A stretch of DNA of 63,505 nt from a virus (Duplodnaviria > Caudoviricetes): positions 1 through 63,505 of IMG/VR virus record IMGVR_UViG_3300036791_000918. One strand, given 5' to 3'. The translations under genes and the position numbers were made by a program. The notes under the pieces are model-generated. The model did no database searches and was not told where the DNA came from. It worked only from the letters and a program-made list of their open reading frames with translations. Of this stretch, positions 1 through 9,428 are shown piece by piece (the stretch's first letter is position 1; every line of letters starts with the position of its first letter).

Positions 1-127
1 GGTGATGCCGTGAGGCGCCAAGCTCGTCAGCATGAAGGCAGCCGTCTGCTTGAGATTGGCACTCAGAGAACTAGCCTCAATGGTGTCAACCATCATCCCG
101 TCCAAGTTGGCGCGCGCGACCATCTTG
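1..127. repeat. 127-nt terminal direct repeat (copy 1), most likely assembler overlap indicating a circular/complete contig
   Basis: 1..127 is identical to 63379..63505 and lies inside the polymerase reading frame. Confidence 0.95.
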
Positions 128-726
128 AACGACGCAGCTTCGGTCATCGCCACGGTTTGCTGAGAGTGAGTTAATCCCACCCAGAATTTCCGGGCCAGCC
201 GCAACGTGAACACACAGTCTTTAATATTGTACTCGTGCAATCGTTGAAGCTCGGCCGGGTCGGTGCCGTGGTAGTCGACGTCGGCTTCGTAGCCGGCGTG
301 CTTCGGAAAGAAGATTGGCACTGCAGCCTTCAAGCTATAACTACGCTGCTGCTTGTGATCATACTCCGGCTCGATATCCAGGTGGCGCCACAGCAACATG
401 GCGTCGAGGAACCTCACCTTGTCGATGAGCTTGGTGATCTCGCTGTCCTCTTCGGCATAAGCGTAGAGCCACGCCAGATCGAAGATTACGTTCCATCCCA
501 CCAGCCTATGCTCGGTCTCGACCGCCCACGTCAGCATGTCGCGAATCATCCGAGTCGTCTCTAAGGAAGAAGACAACAATCCGCCGGCATGCTTGGTCTC
601 GCCGCCTTGCCGCCAGACCCAGGCGAGCGACGTGAGCCACCCCTTGCCCTGGCGATAACGCCAGGGCTGGAGTGCGTACTCGGGCAACTCGCCCGACGTC
701 TCGACATCGAATGATGCGATCTTCAT
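1..726 (-). CDS. Family A DNA polymerase, N-terminal 3'-5' exonuclease part (joins 62188..63505 across the junction; about 638 aa total)
   Basis: Manual translation from ATG at 726: MKIASFDVETSGELPEYALQPW (ExoI DxE), GWNVIFD (ExoII), YNIKD (ExoIII), open to FKMVARANLDG, which is the start of the 62188..63501 ORF; missed by the ORF track. Confidence 0.92.
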   Translation of the reverse strand, partial: MKIASFDVETSGELPEYALQPWRYRQGKGWLTSLAWVWRQGGETKHAGGLLSSSLETTRMIRDMLTWAVETEHRLVGWNVIFDLAWLYAYAEEDSEITKLIDKVRFLDAMLLWRHLDIEPEYDHKQQRSYSLKAAVPIFFPKHAGYEADVDYHGTDPAELQRLHEYNIKDCVFTLRLARKFWVGLTHSQQTVAMTEAASFKMVARANLDGMMVDTIEASSLSANLKQTAAFMLTSLAPHGIT

Positions 727-731
727 TTGAG

Positions 732-1439
732 TTACCCCAGGAACGGAACAGACTTTTTGTCGATGCAGTCACACTCCCGATAAACTGCCTGGCGTATCTC
801 GTGCAGAACCTGATCAGGATGACTCCAGGAATTTAGAAAACGGCAAGCAACTAGATCACGCCACTTACGATCGCGCAGCATGGTGACGATGTTAGTGTTG
901 TCGATCCACCCAGCCTGACCATCTGGCTTCGCGGCCATCTGTATGTAGACCTTGAACCAAGCGCGGAACTCTTCGTAGCCGGCTTCGCGAAGTGCCTGCT
1001 TGGCACGCTCGCGATTGACGACAGAGACAGACCATGGCGTGATCTGATTCCGATCCGCCACTTTCCATTTGCCGTCACGCTGACGAAACGTCAGCTTATC
1101 TTTTACTTTGTAGTGAAGCCCGCCGATCGAGACGGAGGAATACCCCACATACATTCCGGAAGGTGTGCAGTGATTGCCGAACTTGGTCGTCGATCGTGAA
1201 GAGTACGGACAAATGGTGAGCGAGTTGTCCTTATGCCAAGTCACAACAGGATGCTGGTACAGCCGAAGGACGATGTCCTTCGCCTCTGTCTGTTCGATAG
1301 TCAGATGTTTCTTGCGACGATCGACCAGCCCACGCGGACCCAGTGGGCTCCTGGGAAAGACCACAGCCTGATGCCAGACTTTGACAGCCTCTTTGTAGGA
1401 CTGGATACGCGGGAAGCTACAGCTAATAATCCACGCCAT
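732..1439 (-). CDS. hypothetical phage protein (235 aa)
   Basis: Long ORF with AAGGAG RBS, co-oriented with neighbours. Confidence 0.75.
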   Translation of the reverse strand: MAWIISCSFPRIQSYKEAVKVWHQAVVFPRSPLGPRGLVDRRKKHLTIEQTEAKDIVLRLYQHPVVTWHKDNSLTICPYSSRSTTKFGNHCTPSGMYVGYSSVSIGGLHYKVKDKLTFRQRDGKWKVADRNQITPWSVSVVNRERAKQALREAGYEEFRAWFKVYIQMAAKPDGQAGWIDNTNIVTMLRDRKWRDLVACRFLNSWSHPDQVLHEIRQAVYRECDCIDKKSVPFLG

Positions 1440-1480
1440 GGTAAGTCACTCCTTGTTGAGTCAGTTGAGTTAGTTGAGAG

Positions 1481-1499
1481 GTGTTACATCGTGTAACAC
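1481..1499. promoter_or_regulatory. 19-bp palindrome GTGTTACA-TCG-TGTAACAC (copy 1 of 10)
   Basis: Read directly; intergenic, upstream of 732..1439. Confidence 0.85.
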
Positions 1500-1580
1500 C
1501 CAGACTATCCCCTCTCAGTCCTCGTCTGGGGCCGTTTGCCGGGTCAGCACATTGCTGTGCGTTGGGGACGGGTTACCGAA

Positions 1581-1901
1581 CTATAGTACGATGCGGCATA
1601 GCACCACGTGATGCTGGTCCTCCTTAAGAATAAGCTGCACCGGTTTCGGCCATTTCTCAGGGATGACCTTGAGAATGGCGTCGATCGTGGTCATGGGCGA
1701 CGGGATCATTACCTTGTCGTCCATCCACCACGGGCGCTGGATGCCTGTCTGAATCCCTTCTGTTTCCAACAGACGGGTCAGCCTTGTTTCGATGCGGCGC
1801 GAGCGCTGAAGAACCTCCAACAAGTTCGCTCGATCGCCAGTTGTGAAATCAGGCCCACCAGAAAACCCGGGCTGTGTCATCAGTTTTTCTTTTATCGACA
1901 T
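1581..1901 (-). CDS. hypothetical protein (106 aa)
   Basis: ORF with AAGGAG RBS. Confidence 0.7.
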   Translation of the reverse strand: MSIKEKLMTQPGFSGGPDFTTGDRANLLEVLQRSRRIETRLTRLLETEGIQTGIQRPWWMDDKVMIPSPMTTIDAILKVIPEKWPKPVQLILKEDQHHVVLCRIVL

Positions 1902-1966
1902 TTGTAGTTACTCCTTTGCGTGGTGCGCACCCCACTCTGGGGTGAGCGGGGTGCACTATAAGTTAG

Positions 1967-2818
1967 TCATCCTTTCATGTGTTCGTCGATGCTCTCCCTG
2001 ATCTCCCTGGCTTCCTTCGCAGCAGCGGCACGCAAGTCGCTTCCTTTGCGCAGGTCATTAGGCTCGTAAGACCCGATCGTGTTCATAATCCGCTGGCGGA
2101 TTTCCCGCAACTCGGGATCACCCGTGACGTTGAGACCCGGCAGGATGTTCATCAACTCTACCAAGTTATTGACTGTGCTATCCCTAAAGATAGCCTCCTC
2201 GTCATCCATCTTCTCGATGTAATGTTCGAGCAACTCGGCGATGCGCAGCCAGACGTCCTGCATGGCTTCGCCTAAACGACGGTTGAGCGACTCCTCCATG
2301 GTGGCCTTGACCTTGGCCAGCTCAGTTTCAGGAAGGGCAACACGGAAATCCTGGGACTCAGTGATGCCGTCGATGTCCAGGTTCACGCTGAACCTCTTGC
2401 GAAGCTCTTCGGGCGGCGGGTAGTCCTTGTCGTTGAACAGATCACCCAGACGGAACGATGCCTGGTCCCGCACCGGCGGGTACTTGACCGTGATGAACTC
2501 CTCGACAGCATCGTTGAACTGCCGTTCGAGTTCACCAAATCCTGACATGAACAATTCGAAGATGTTGCGGGTCATGATCCGCGGTCCTTTGTCGGACCAC
2601 GGCGCGGAGTGCTTATCTCTATGCGCCTTGAGCGCATTGTACGCTGTGGTGATATCGGCAAGCGCTTCCTTGGGAACGACGCGCTTGGAAACCACTGCGC
2701 TACCAGCTTGAGCACCCTTGTTTCTGGTCAGCTCGTTGCTGGCGGCCTGGTCGGTCTTATATCCGTTCCACCTGGATACACGGACATCAATCGTCATGCA
2801 TTTTGTCGAGAGACTCAT
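1967..2818 (-). CDS. helical hypothetical protein, DUF3150-like type often found beside phage AAA/vWA pairs
   Basis: AGGAG RBS; motifs LGDLFNDKDYP and IFRDSTVNNL; family from recall only. Confidence 0.6.
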   Translation of the reverse strand: MSLSTKCMTIDVRVSRWNGYKTDQAASNELTRNKGAQAGSAVVSKRVVPKEALADITTAYNALKAHRDKHSAPWSDKGPRIMTRNIFELFMSGFGELERQFNDAVEEFITVKYPPVRDQASFRLGDLFNDKDYPPPEELRKRFSVNLDIDGITESQDFRVALPETELAKVKATMEESLNRRLGEAMQDVWLRIAELLEHYIEKMDDEEAIFRDSTVNNLVELMNILPGLNVTGDPELREIRQRIMNTIGSYEPNDLRKGSDLRAAAAKEAREIRESIDEHMKG

Positions 2819-2876
2819 TTTAAGTACTCCTATGTTCAGTTACTAGTTGAGTCAGCTTTAGCGTTGTAGCACGCAT

Positions 2877-3050
2877 TTACTTCCTTTGCCAGTCACGCGG
2901 CAAGAAGCCACCGCGTGACAGCCACTGGTCGAGCGCCTCGAACGCGCTCACCAATTCATCGAACGCAACGAGATCATAGTCGCCGCGTTCGCCGTGAGCC
3001 CAGTGCTCGCACGCAGCACGGGCATCTTTGAGAGCCTGCTCCGGGTCCAT
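2877..3050 (-). CDS. small phage protein MDPEQALKD...LDQWLSRGGFLPRDWQRK (57 aa)
   Basis: Manual translation, AAGGA RBS; below ORF-track cutoff. Confidence 0.7.
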   Translation of the reverse strand: MDPEQALKDARAACEHWAHGERGDYDLVAFDELVSAFEALDQWLSRGGFLPRDWQRK

Positions 3051-3233
3051 GTTCAGTTCCTTTGTTGGTCAGTTACGAAAAGTCATCGGTAGATTGCTTA
3101 CGCCACTTCTTATGGCACCAATTCCAGAAAAGAAATGGTGTAGCGATTGGGAGCAGCATAGAGATTCCTATCCTGCCGAAGCCAGAATGGAGTAGGAAGA
3201 TTGCAAGAGCAATCCATAGCAGACCTACTATCA

Positions 3234-4442
3234 TCACTGCACCTCTACTCGCACGGTGCCGGCCCAGGGCGGACATGGTGCGTCTGTCGTGCATCCAATT
3301 ATGAGCGGGAACGGCGTCTCGACATCGGGCCATGGCGTGTAGCCGTCCGTCAGGAGCAAGACCACCTCCGGCTCGTACTGCTCCGCAAAGACCAGAGGTT
3401 TCCTCATGTCGGTGCCGCCGCCTCCTTTCGGATGCAGCACCACCTCGGCGCCGTCTTCGAACACGTCGATGTTCGAACAGTCCTTGTCGTCGGCCCAGAC
3501 TACCCGCACGGTCATCGGCTTGATGACGGTGACGATGTGATTCACCGCGACCGCGATGCGCTCGAACACAGCTTTGCTGAACATCGACCCGGAGCTATCC
3601 GCGACAATGGTCAGCTCGTCCATGCCGTTGCTCTTGCGCGACGGCAGGATCACCTCGCTGTGCCTCCTATTGCGTCGGCTCCAGTTCTCGTCCTCCGCAA
3701 TACAAGCTGTCATGTAGTCGATCAGTACCTGCTCCCATGGCACAGGGTCCTCGTAGCCGGCGCTGACGATCGCTTCCAGAGTCCCGGGCATAACTCCGTG
3801 CTGCTTGGCGATCGCGGTTGCGCGAGCAATCGCCTTGCTAATCTTGTGGTCAATCGCCGCGGCTTGCTCGGGAGTCGCTGCGGGCACCGGCCGCAGATCG
3901 CCGCCAAGCCCGCCTTGGGTTTGCTCGGGCTTCTCGCCCGACTTACCCTGACCCGGGCCTTGCTGACCCTGGCTTTGACCCTCACCCTTGCCCTGGCTCT
4001 GACCTTTCTTGCCGCCTTGCTTGCCAACTTCCTGCTGCCGCAGCGCATAGATTTGCTCCGCGGTCATGCCACGATATCGTTCCTCGATCAGAGCCCAGCG
4101 CCAGATGGCAAAGCCCAGGTCCTTGAGGATGATGTTGATGGCGTAATCGCAGCACTTGTTCCACTCCATAGGATCGCGGCTGCCACGGCGTAGACCATGC
4201 TTCAGGATGATGTGCATCAGCTCGTGAATGATCACGAACTTAGCGGTTGGCACATCCAGCCCTTCGATGAACTCCGGGTTGTAGCCAATGACCGTCATGT
4301 CGGTCCACGCCGTGTCACACGTCGGGTCCTCGATGAACGGGGTTTGTAAAAGCACCGATGCGAAGAACATCAGCGCCTTGACCTTGACGAGACTGGCGCG
4401 CGCCGTCTCGAAAGTGCTCAGTTGTTTTTGATATCGTGCCAT
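3234..4442 (-). CDS. HExxH metallopeptidase-like + vWA domain protein (DUF2201-like)
   Basis: IIHELMHI zinc motif, Q/G-rich linker, MIDAS DSSGS, GGGGTD, LLTDG. Confidence 0.85.
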   Translation of the reverse strand: MARYQKQLSTFETARASLVKVKALMFFASVLLQTPFIEDPTCDTAWTDMTVIGYNPEFIEGLDVPTAKFVIIHELMHIILKHGLRRGSRDPMEWNKCCDYAINIILKDLGFAIWRWALIEERYRGMTAEQIYALRQQEVGKQGGKKGQSQGKGEGQSQGQQGPGQGKSGEKPEQTQGGLGGDLRPVPAATPEQAAAIDHKISKAIARATAIAKQHGVMPGTLEAIVSAGYEDPVPWEQVLIDYMTACIAEDENWSRRNRRHSEVILPSRKSNGMDELTIVADSSGSMFSKAVFERIAVAVNHIVTVIKPMTVRVVWADDKDCSNIDVFEDGAEVVLHPKGGGGTDMRKPLVFAEQYEPEVVLLLTDGYTPWPDVETPFPLIIGCTTDAPCPPWAGTVRVEVQ

Positions 4443-4460
4443 AAGTAAATCCTCCGTCTC

Positions 4461-4479
4461 GTGTTACACAATGTAACAC
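4461..4479. promoter_or_regulatory. 19-bp palindrome GTGTTACA-CAA-TGTAACAC (copy 2)
   Basis: Abuts stop codon of 4480..4749, upstream of the vWA gene RBS. Confidence 0.85.
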
Positions 4480-4749
4480 CTATGAGTGAGTGTATCCGTC
4501 CGTCTCGATGCCCAGCCACATACCCTTCCAGGGCAGCATGATGCAGGTATCGCCGAACGCCGGCTGCACCTGCTTGCGGAAGCGACGCCACTGCAATGAT
4601 GGCACCTTGACGATTTCCGGATTGCTCCATCGACCGCAGTGCTGGCAATACGTGCCATCGTGGCGCGTGGTCGGCGTGATCCAGCCAGGGAAATCCCGCT
4701 GGAACACCTTGAACAAAGCTTCACGTTGTTTGCGAGTTGTCTTGACCAT
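4480..4749 (-). CDS. small phage protein ending GMWLGIETDGYTHS
   Basis: ORF with GGAGA RBS, CxxC motif. Confidence 0.7.
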   Translation of the reverse strand: MVKTTRKQREALFKVFQRDFPGWITPTTRHDGTYCQHCGRWSNPEIVKVPSLQWRRFRKQVQPAFGDTCIMLPWKGMWLGIETDGYTHS

Positions 4750-4982
4750 CAGAGTTCTCCGTTGTGGTAAGTAAATCTTCCAGTTCTCGTCCCTTGACAG
4801 TTAACAGACTCATCAGAGTCTGGTTAATGTAATCAAGATCAGACTGATGAAGCTGACCATGGAACATCCGATGGTCAATAGATTTCTTCAGCTGAATGAA
4901 GGTTGCCAGTTGCTCGACACGATTTAGGATTTGCCTGTCGATCAACCGCATGATCTTGGTGACCTTCATAGGGTGCACGATC

Positions 4983-5207
4983 TTATTCGTTGTCATAGCG
5001 TTCGCTCTCCTCTCGTGCACGATCCGCATTACAGTACGGGCATCCGCCCGGCTGGCATTCGAGGCGCGACACGCGCTGCGTGATCATGTCGAGCATTTCA
5101 AGGCACTCGGGATGGCTGGAAGCTATTTCCGAGTGTGCTAGGTACAAGATAGTGAGGAGCTGAGAGCGCTCCTCATAGGACAGCGTGATGGTCTGGTCGC
5201 TCATCAA
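4983..5207 (-). CDS. small Cys-containing hypothetical protein
   Basis: Coupled to neighbours; CQPGGCPYC. Confidence 0.55.
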   Translation of the reverse strand: MMSDQTITLSYEERSQLLTILYLAHSEIASSHPECLEMLDMITQRVSRLECQPGGCPYCNADRAREESERYDNE

Positions 5208-5383
5208 TAATCCTCCGGCTCGATGGTCTCGCCCATCTCGACCAGTTCCTCATAGCCGCGGCCGGCGCTGGTCTTGCTCCAGCCGCAGTAGCAGCGTTCG
5301 AGTCCTTCATGCTCGTTGCACTTGGTGCAGACCTTGCAGCCGCAGTAACGACGAAAACGATAGTCATGTTTATGTTTAGTCAT
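5204..5383 (-). CDS. small Cys-rich (putative Zn-binding) protein, 59 aa
   Basis: Manual translation MTKHKHDYRFRRYCGCKVCTKCNEHEGLERCYCGW..., AAGGA RBS. Confidence 0.6.
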   Translation of the reverse strand: MTKHKHDYRFRRYCGCKVCTKCNEHEGLERCYCGWSKTSAGRGYEELVEMGETIEPEDY

Positions 5384-5396
5384 ATTGTCGCTATCC

Positions 5397-6479
5397 TTAG
5401 TTGGAGGTGTAAACTTCGCGGTACCGCTTCACGTAGTCCATGTACGCATCGGCATCGAACAGTTCTGCGTCTCTCGCTGTCGCGAGTTGCCACGCCATCA
5501 CCACGAACTCCGCGGTGAAGCGCTTGAGATAAGTGTGGAGCGCATCGACGTTGTCGGGCGTCATCTTCTCGGACACCATCATGGCTGTTGCGTATTTGAT
5601 GCTCAGTTCCTCTGGCACCTCGTACGTATCCGGGTTCTTCTTGATCTTGTCGATGTTCGGCAGACTCTGCCACACATCCACATAGGCCAGAAACTGCACC
5701 GCCGGCCCTTCGCCGATGGCGCCGATCATGGCAGCTTCCTTGATCACGGGATCGAGCCGCTTGTCCTGCCATAAATCGACTGCGGAGAACCAAGTCCTTG
5801 GCGTGGCCACGATGGCCTGAGTTTTCTTCGGATCGTAGGTGTTCACCAAGTCCGCGCAGAAATTCCAAAACGCAATGAACACCGATGGTACCCCCTGGCT
5901 CTGCGCATAGATGCAGAAATCGTCCAGCGTGTTGACCGCTTCGATGTGAAGCAGACGATTGTTCAATGGCATGGGTAGTTTCTTGGCTAACCCCTGATCG
6001 TCCATGAGATTGCCGGCCAAGAGTATGCGCACGTTCGGCTTGAGCACGTGCTCACCGATGCAACGATCCAACGTGAGTTGCTGCATGACAGCGAACACGT
6101 CATTTTTGGCGTCGGGTGCTTCGTCGAAGAACATGACGATCAGCTTGTCATCGGGGAACGCATCGTTGCCGATGAAAGGCATGGTGCTCGGTGGGTACCA
6201 GATGGCTGTCCCTGTTTTCTTGTCGTTCGCCGGAAAGCCCCGCATATCTACCGAGTCGTACTGAGAGAGCCGGATGCCGCAGAGCATTGTCCCTGTGTAG
6301 GGGCAGTCCTTGCCTAGCAGCTCTTTCAGAGCCTTGGGATCATCCAGTTCGTCGACAGCCTGCTCGACGCCCTGGGATTTACCAATCCCGAACCGGCCTC
6401 TGATGATGATCGGCTTGTTGAGTCGGACCACGATCTCTTTGACGGTGGTCTTGATCTGAGAGATGGAAAGCTTTTTCAT
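5397..6479 (-). CDS. MoxR-like AAA+ ATPase
   Basis: Walker A GRFGIGKS, Walker B MFFDE, AGN sensor, NNR finger, TPRTW; start reassigned to MKKLS after AAAGGA RBS. Confidence 0.88.
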   Translation of the reverse strand: MKKLSISQIKTTVKEIVVRLNKPIIIRGRFGIGKSQGVEQAVDELDDPKALKELLGKDCPYTGTMLCGIRLSQYDSVDMRGFPANDKKTGTAIWYPPSTMPFIGNDAFPDDKLIVMFFDEAPDAKNDVFAVMQQLTLDRCIGEHVLKPNVRILLAGNLMDDQGLAKKLPMPLNNRLLHIEAVNTLDDFCIYAQSQGVPSVFIAFWNFCADLVNTYDPKKTQAIVATPRTWFSAVDLWQDKRLDPVIKEAAMIGAIGEGPAVQFLAYVDVWQSLPNIDKIKKNPDTYEVPEELSIKYATAMMVSEKMTPDNVDALHTYLKRFTAEFVVMAWQLATARDAELFDADAYMDYVKRYREVYTSN

Positions 6480-6511
6480 TGTATTAGTCCTTTGTTTAGT
6501 GAGGTGGTGAG

Positions 6512-6530
6512 GTGTTACAGGATGTAACAC
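6512..6530. promoter_or_regulatory. 19-bp palindrome GTGTTACA-GGA-TGTAACAC (copy 3)
   Basis: Between stop of 6532..6726 and the AAA start. Confidence 0.85.
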
Positions 6531-6531
6531 C

Positions 6532-6726
6532 TTACAGTTCAGTTCCTTTACGCAAGTCACGTGCCAGCTTAATCGGCCACGAGGTCTCGGGGCCAAGCTC
6601 TGCATAAGTTTCCAGGGCACGCTGGAGCACACGTGTCTCCTCGATAGTAAACCAACTGAATGCGTTACGATAACGCACTGCAGTCGACTGTGCGATCTCT
6701 TGTTTAGTCATCTGTCTCTTCGTCAT
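6532..6726 (-). CDS. hypothetical protein (64 aa)
   Basis: GAAGGA RBS, overlaps the end of the upstream gene. Confidence 0.55.
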   Translation of the reverse strand: MTKRQMTKQEIAQSTAVRYRNAFSWFTIEETRVLQRALETYAELGPETSWPIKLARDLRKGTEL

Positions 6727-7450
6727 TAGTCCATTCCTTCTCTGTGTTGAACGTCAGCCAGGGATGCGTCTCCTTCACGATCATGTTGAACCCTTCATGT
6801 ATGGCGATAGCCGCACGGTGCTCTGGTGTCAGTGCGCCAAACGATACATCAACAAACTCACCCACCAGTAGCTTTGTCACATTGCGATGCTTCTTCTTAA
6901 GCTCATCGGGATTAGGCTGCATCTGCAGCCACACCTTGCTCGCCTCCACAAGCTCGTTGATATGCGTTCGCTCTTCGGGCTTCAGTGGCTGCGGATAATG
7001 TCGCGTGATCGGCCCGCCAGTAACCGGCATAGAGCCGGGCCCGGCGTAGTAGGCAACGACGCGACTATGCCTGTCGGTGAACCGCTCGGGGACCGGCACC
7101 TCGTGGTCTCTGGTCAGACGGCACTCGATCGACACCGCACGCTTGTGGTCGAAATCAAGCAGCAGCGTTTGCATCCCGTTGTGATTGAGATGCGACTTAA
7201 AAACCGGCTTGGCGCCGACGACCGACGCCATACCGGGGAGGTAGAGCTTCGGGCAATCTTCGTCGCCCGTCGCTACGATCTGGATGTGAAAGTCTTTGTA
7301 GACCTGGCGAGCTTCAGGACCCCAGCGATGACCGTGCACAACGAACTCGCCGGTATCAAACTGAGTGAACTTGTTGTAGCCGTAGTCGATGTGGAATGCT
7401 CGCCACGCATCCCACTCCATCTTGGAGTGGTCGAAGGGAAGAAGTTTCAT
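6704..7450 (-). CDS. hypothetical protein (start reassigned to MKLLPF)
   Basis: Long ORF downstream of a sigma70-type promoter; AAGGT RBS. Confidence 0.7.
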   Translation of the reverse strand: MKLLPFDHSKMEWDAWRAFHIDYGYNKFTQFDTGEFVVHGHRWGPEARQVYKDFHIQIVATGDEDCPKLYLPGMASVVGAKPVFKSHLNHNGMQTLLLDFDHKRAVSIECRLTRDHEVPVPERFTDRHSRVVAYYAGPGSMPVTGGPITRHYPQPLKPEERTHINELVEASKVWLQMQPNPDELKKKHRNVTKLLVGEFVDVSFGALTPEHRAAIAIHEGFNMIVKETHPWLTFNTEKEWTNDEETDD

Positions 7451-7476
7451 GGTCAGTACCTTTTTGAGTAAGTGGG

Positions 7477-7495
7477 GTGTTACATCGTGTAACAC
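7477..7495. promoter_or_regulatory. 19-bp palindrome GTGTTACA-TCG-TGTAACAC (copy 4)
   Basis: In the leader downstream of promoter 7538..7566. Confidence 0.85.
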
Positions 7496-7537
7496 GTCGC
7501 TTTTCGTCCAGTGGATACCTGTTCCACCTTAACATAT

Positions 7538-7566
7538 AGTATAGCACAATATATGAGTAAAGTCAA
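7538..7566 (-). promoter_or_regulatory. sigma70-type early promoter TTGACT-17nt-TATACT
   Basis: Near-consensus -35/-10 with 17-nt spacing in an AT-rich intergenic gap. Confidence 0.8.
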
Positions 7567-7602
7567 TAGGTTACTGGGAGTTTTTCCGCCGGTTTTAGGA
7601 CC

Positions 7603-7776
7603 TCAGATAAACCCTTTCTCTTGCGCTAATTGCTCAGGCATTGTGAACGTGCCGTCCTCGTTATCCTGCGTCACGGACTTGGGCACCCATTCTTTGCGAG
7701 CACCATCAAACAACAAGTAAGCCTTCTCTGTCTCGTGCACGATCTCCGCTGCGATCTCTACCAGTTGGTTCCTCAT
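7603..7776 (-). CDS. small conserved-looking phage protein (ETEKAYLL...WVPKS...MPEQLAQEKGFI)
   Basis: ATGA-coupled start MRNQLV. Confidence 0.7.
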   Translation of the reverse strand: MRNQLVEIAAEIVHETEKAYLLFDGARKEWVPKSVTQDNEDGTFTMPEQLAQEKGFI

Positions 7777-8039
7777 GACTTGCTCCCTGCTCTCTTGGCC
7801 GCATTCGCTGCGAACCACGCCGCTACCTTGGCGGCTTTTTGTTTGTCTGACTCATCCATTGGTAAAACGTACGCATCGAAGTTCCGCCAAGCGTCCGCTA
7901 CCCTGTGTGCTTCCTTCTCGTCCAGCCTGTCGGCTATTGCGTGAAACTTACGTCTCGACTTGTCGCCATCCGCGCGACAGCGCGAGCAGTTGCCGTAAGG
8001 GCAACAGCCGATCATGACTTTGAAATCGCCGCGCATCAC
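7773..8039 (-). CDS. Cys-containing hypothetical protein
   Basis: CCPYGNCSRC; coupled to neighbours. Confidence 0.55.
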   Translation of the reverse strand: MMRGDFKVMIGCCPYGNCSRCRADGDKSRRKFHAIADRLDEKEAHRVADAWRNFDAYVLPMDESDKQKAAKVAAWFAANAAKRAGSKS

Positions 8040-8133
8040 AACACTCCCAGGATCGCCAGCACGATAAACGTCAGGGCCAGGACCAACGTCGCGACGACAG
8101 CCAGCTGCGCCCAGAGCGGTGGCAATATATCAT

Positions 8134-9252
8134 TCATGTCGTAGCCTCCTCGTCGTGCTTGACCTTGTAGTCGTGGATGGTGAATCCAAGGGCAGCATCG
8201 CCGCGCAGGTGCTTGGCAATGTGGAACTGCCGGCCGCGGCAGATGACGCACTCGATCGTATCAGAGTCGCTCGTATCAAGCAGCTCCCAAAGATGTGGGT
8301 TACAGGTGCTCGACGGCAGGTGCCGGTAGTCGTCTCGCCAGTGCGCGCGCACCTCGTGCCGCTTACGGTGCGCGATCGCAATCATTTTCCTGGCCAGGAC
8401 TCGGGTGTCCTTCTTACCTGGAATATTCAATGTGATAGTTTGATGGTCGAGATACTTTCTGATCTGCCCGCGCGCCAAGAAGCCCTTGCCTGTACGTACG
8501 GCGCCGCGAGTCAATGGCAGGTGGTCGATCGTCGCAAGCAGCGCCCACACGCGACGGATGATCCCGGTCCACTCCAGCAAAAGCTGCATGTAAATTCCCG
8601 TGAGCGTCGAACTGGGGTCCTCGATCAGCGGTGAGTACACACAGTTGAGCCATGGATAATCGTAACTGCGGAGTCCGGTGAGGCAGGCTGATACTGGTTC
8701 GAAGCCTATACGATTAGGATCGGGCTCGAACATCTTCTTCCACGGCAGCGGGCTGCCGTCGCAGGTCCAGGCGAATGCGAACGGGAACGTCCACGTATCG
8801 TAGCCGTCATCGTGCACACGATCCGATTGCGTGAACAGGTGCATGAGGCACGCGGTTTCTATTTTGGGATGCTGCTGGATCAACCAACCTTCAAGCTCAG
8901 GAATCTCAGGCAAGTTCGGCGGCGGCTTGTTGCGCAGCACATGCGAGCGAACCTGGTAAGCATGCAGCCGGTACTCGATCCAGATCACCTCGTGCGGCAG
9001 CCGGGACGAGACGCGAAGACTATCTGCGACTCGGTGAGAATACCGCCGCTGCGCCAGCGTGGGGGCTTTACCAAGCTTGAATGCTTCGGTGGCGAGGTCA
9101 GCCATGAACGCAGACATTTTCTCGCTCACCACGAATCGTTTGGCGCTATGCAACGCGCGGCGCATCTCCGAGTTGGACTGCCAGCCAGGGATCAGCTCGC
9201 GTTGGAACGACAGCCGGTAAAGATGGTCAATCAATGTAGGTGCCTGCTTCAT
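8134..9252 (-). CDS. phage hypothetical protein with C-terminal RKRHEVRAHWR...C..C..HLRGD motif
   Basis: 372-aa ORF, GGAGG RBS, His/Cys motif suggests metal or nucleic-acid binding. Confidence 0.75.
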   Translation of the reverse strand: MKQAPTLIDHLYRLSFQRELIPGWQSNSEMRRALHSAKRFVVSEKMSAFMADLATEAFKLGKAPTLAQRRYSHRVADSLRVSSRLPHEVIWIEYRLHAYQVRSHVLRNKPPPNLPEIPELEGWLIQQHPKIETACLMHLFTQSDRVHDDGYDTWTFPFAFAWTCDGSPLPWKKMFEPDPNRIGFEPVSACLTGLRSYDYPWLNCVYSPLIEDPSSTLTGIYMQLLLEWTGIIRRVWALLATIDHLPLTRGAVRTGKGFLARGQIRKYLDHQTITLNIPGKKDTRVLARKMIAIAHRKRHEVRAHWRDDYRHLPSSTCNPHLWELLDTSDSDTIECVICRGRQFHIAKHLRGDAALGFTIHDYKVKHDEEATT

Positions 9253-9428
9253 GACTGGCCCACCTCCCTGGCGAGGCTTTCCAGCAGGCTCTTCAGACGA
9301 GCCCGCAGCTTCTCATGCTCTGCCTCGGGCACCATCTTGTGTATCAACTGAAAACGCAGATTGTGGATTTCAGCCATTGCGTCGTGCCATTCTTTCTCAG
9401 TCATCATGTTAGTTATTCCCCTGGTTGA

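Noticed and set aside
1481-1499. 19-bp palindrome as a GlnR/TnrA box or integron attC site
   Set aside because: It fits TGTNA-N7-TNACA, but that regulator is Firmicute and other clues point to an alphaproteobacterial host; too short for attC and no integron integrase is present
1498-1580. HDV-like or hammerhead ribozyme
   Set aside because: CAG-TCCTCGT-CTG resembles HDV P3/L3, but I could not find a matching P1 5' strand or a hammerhead GAAA core
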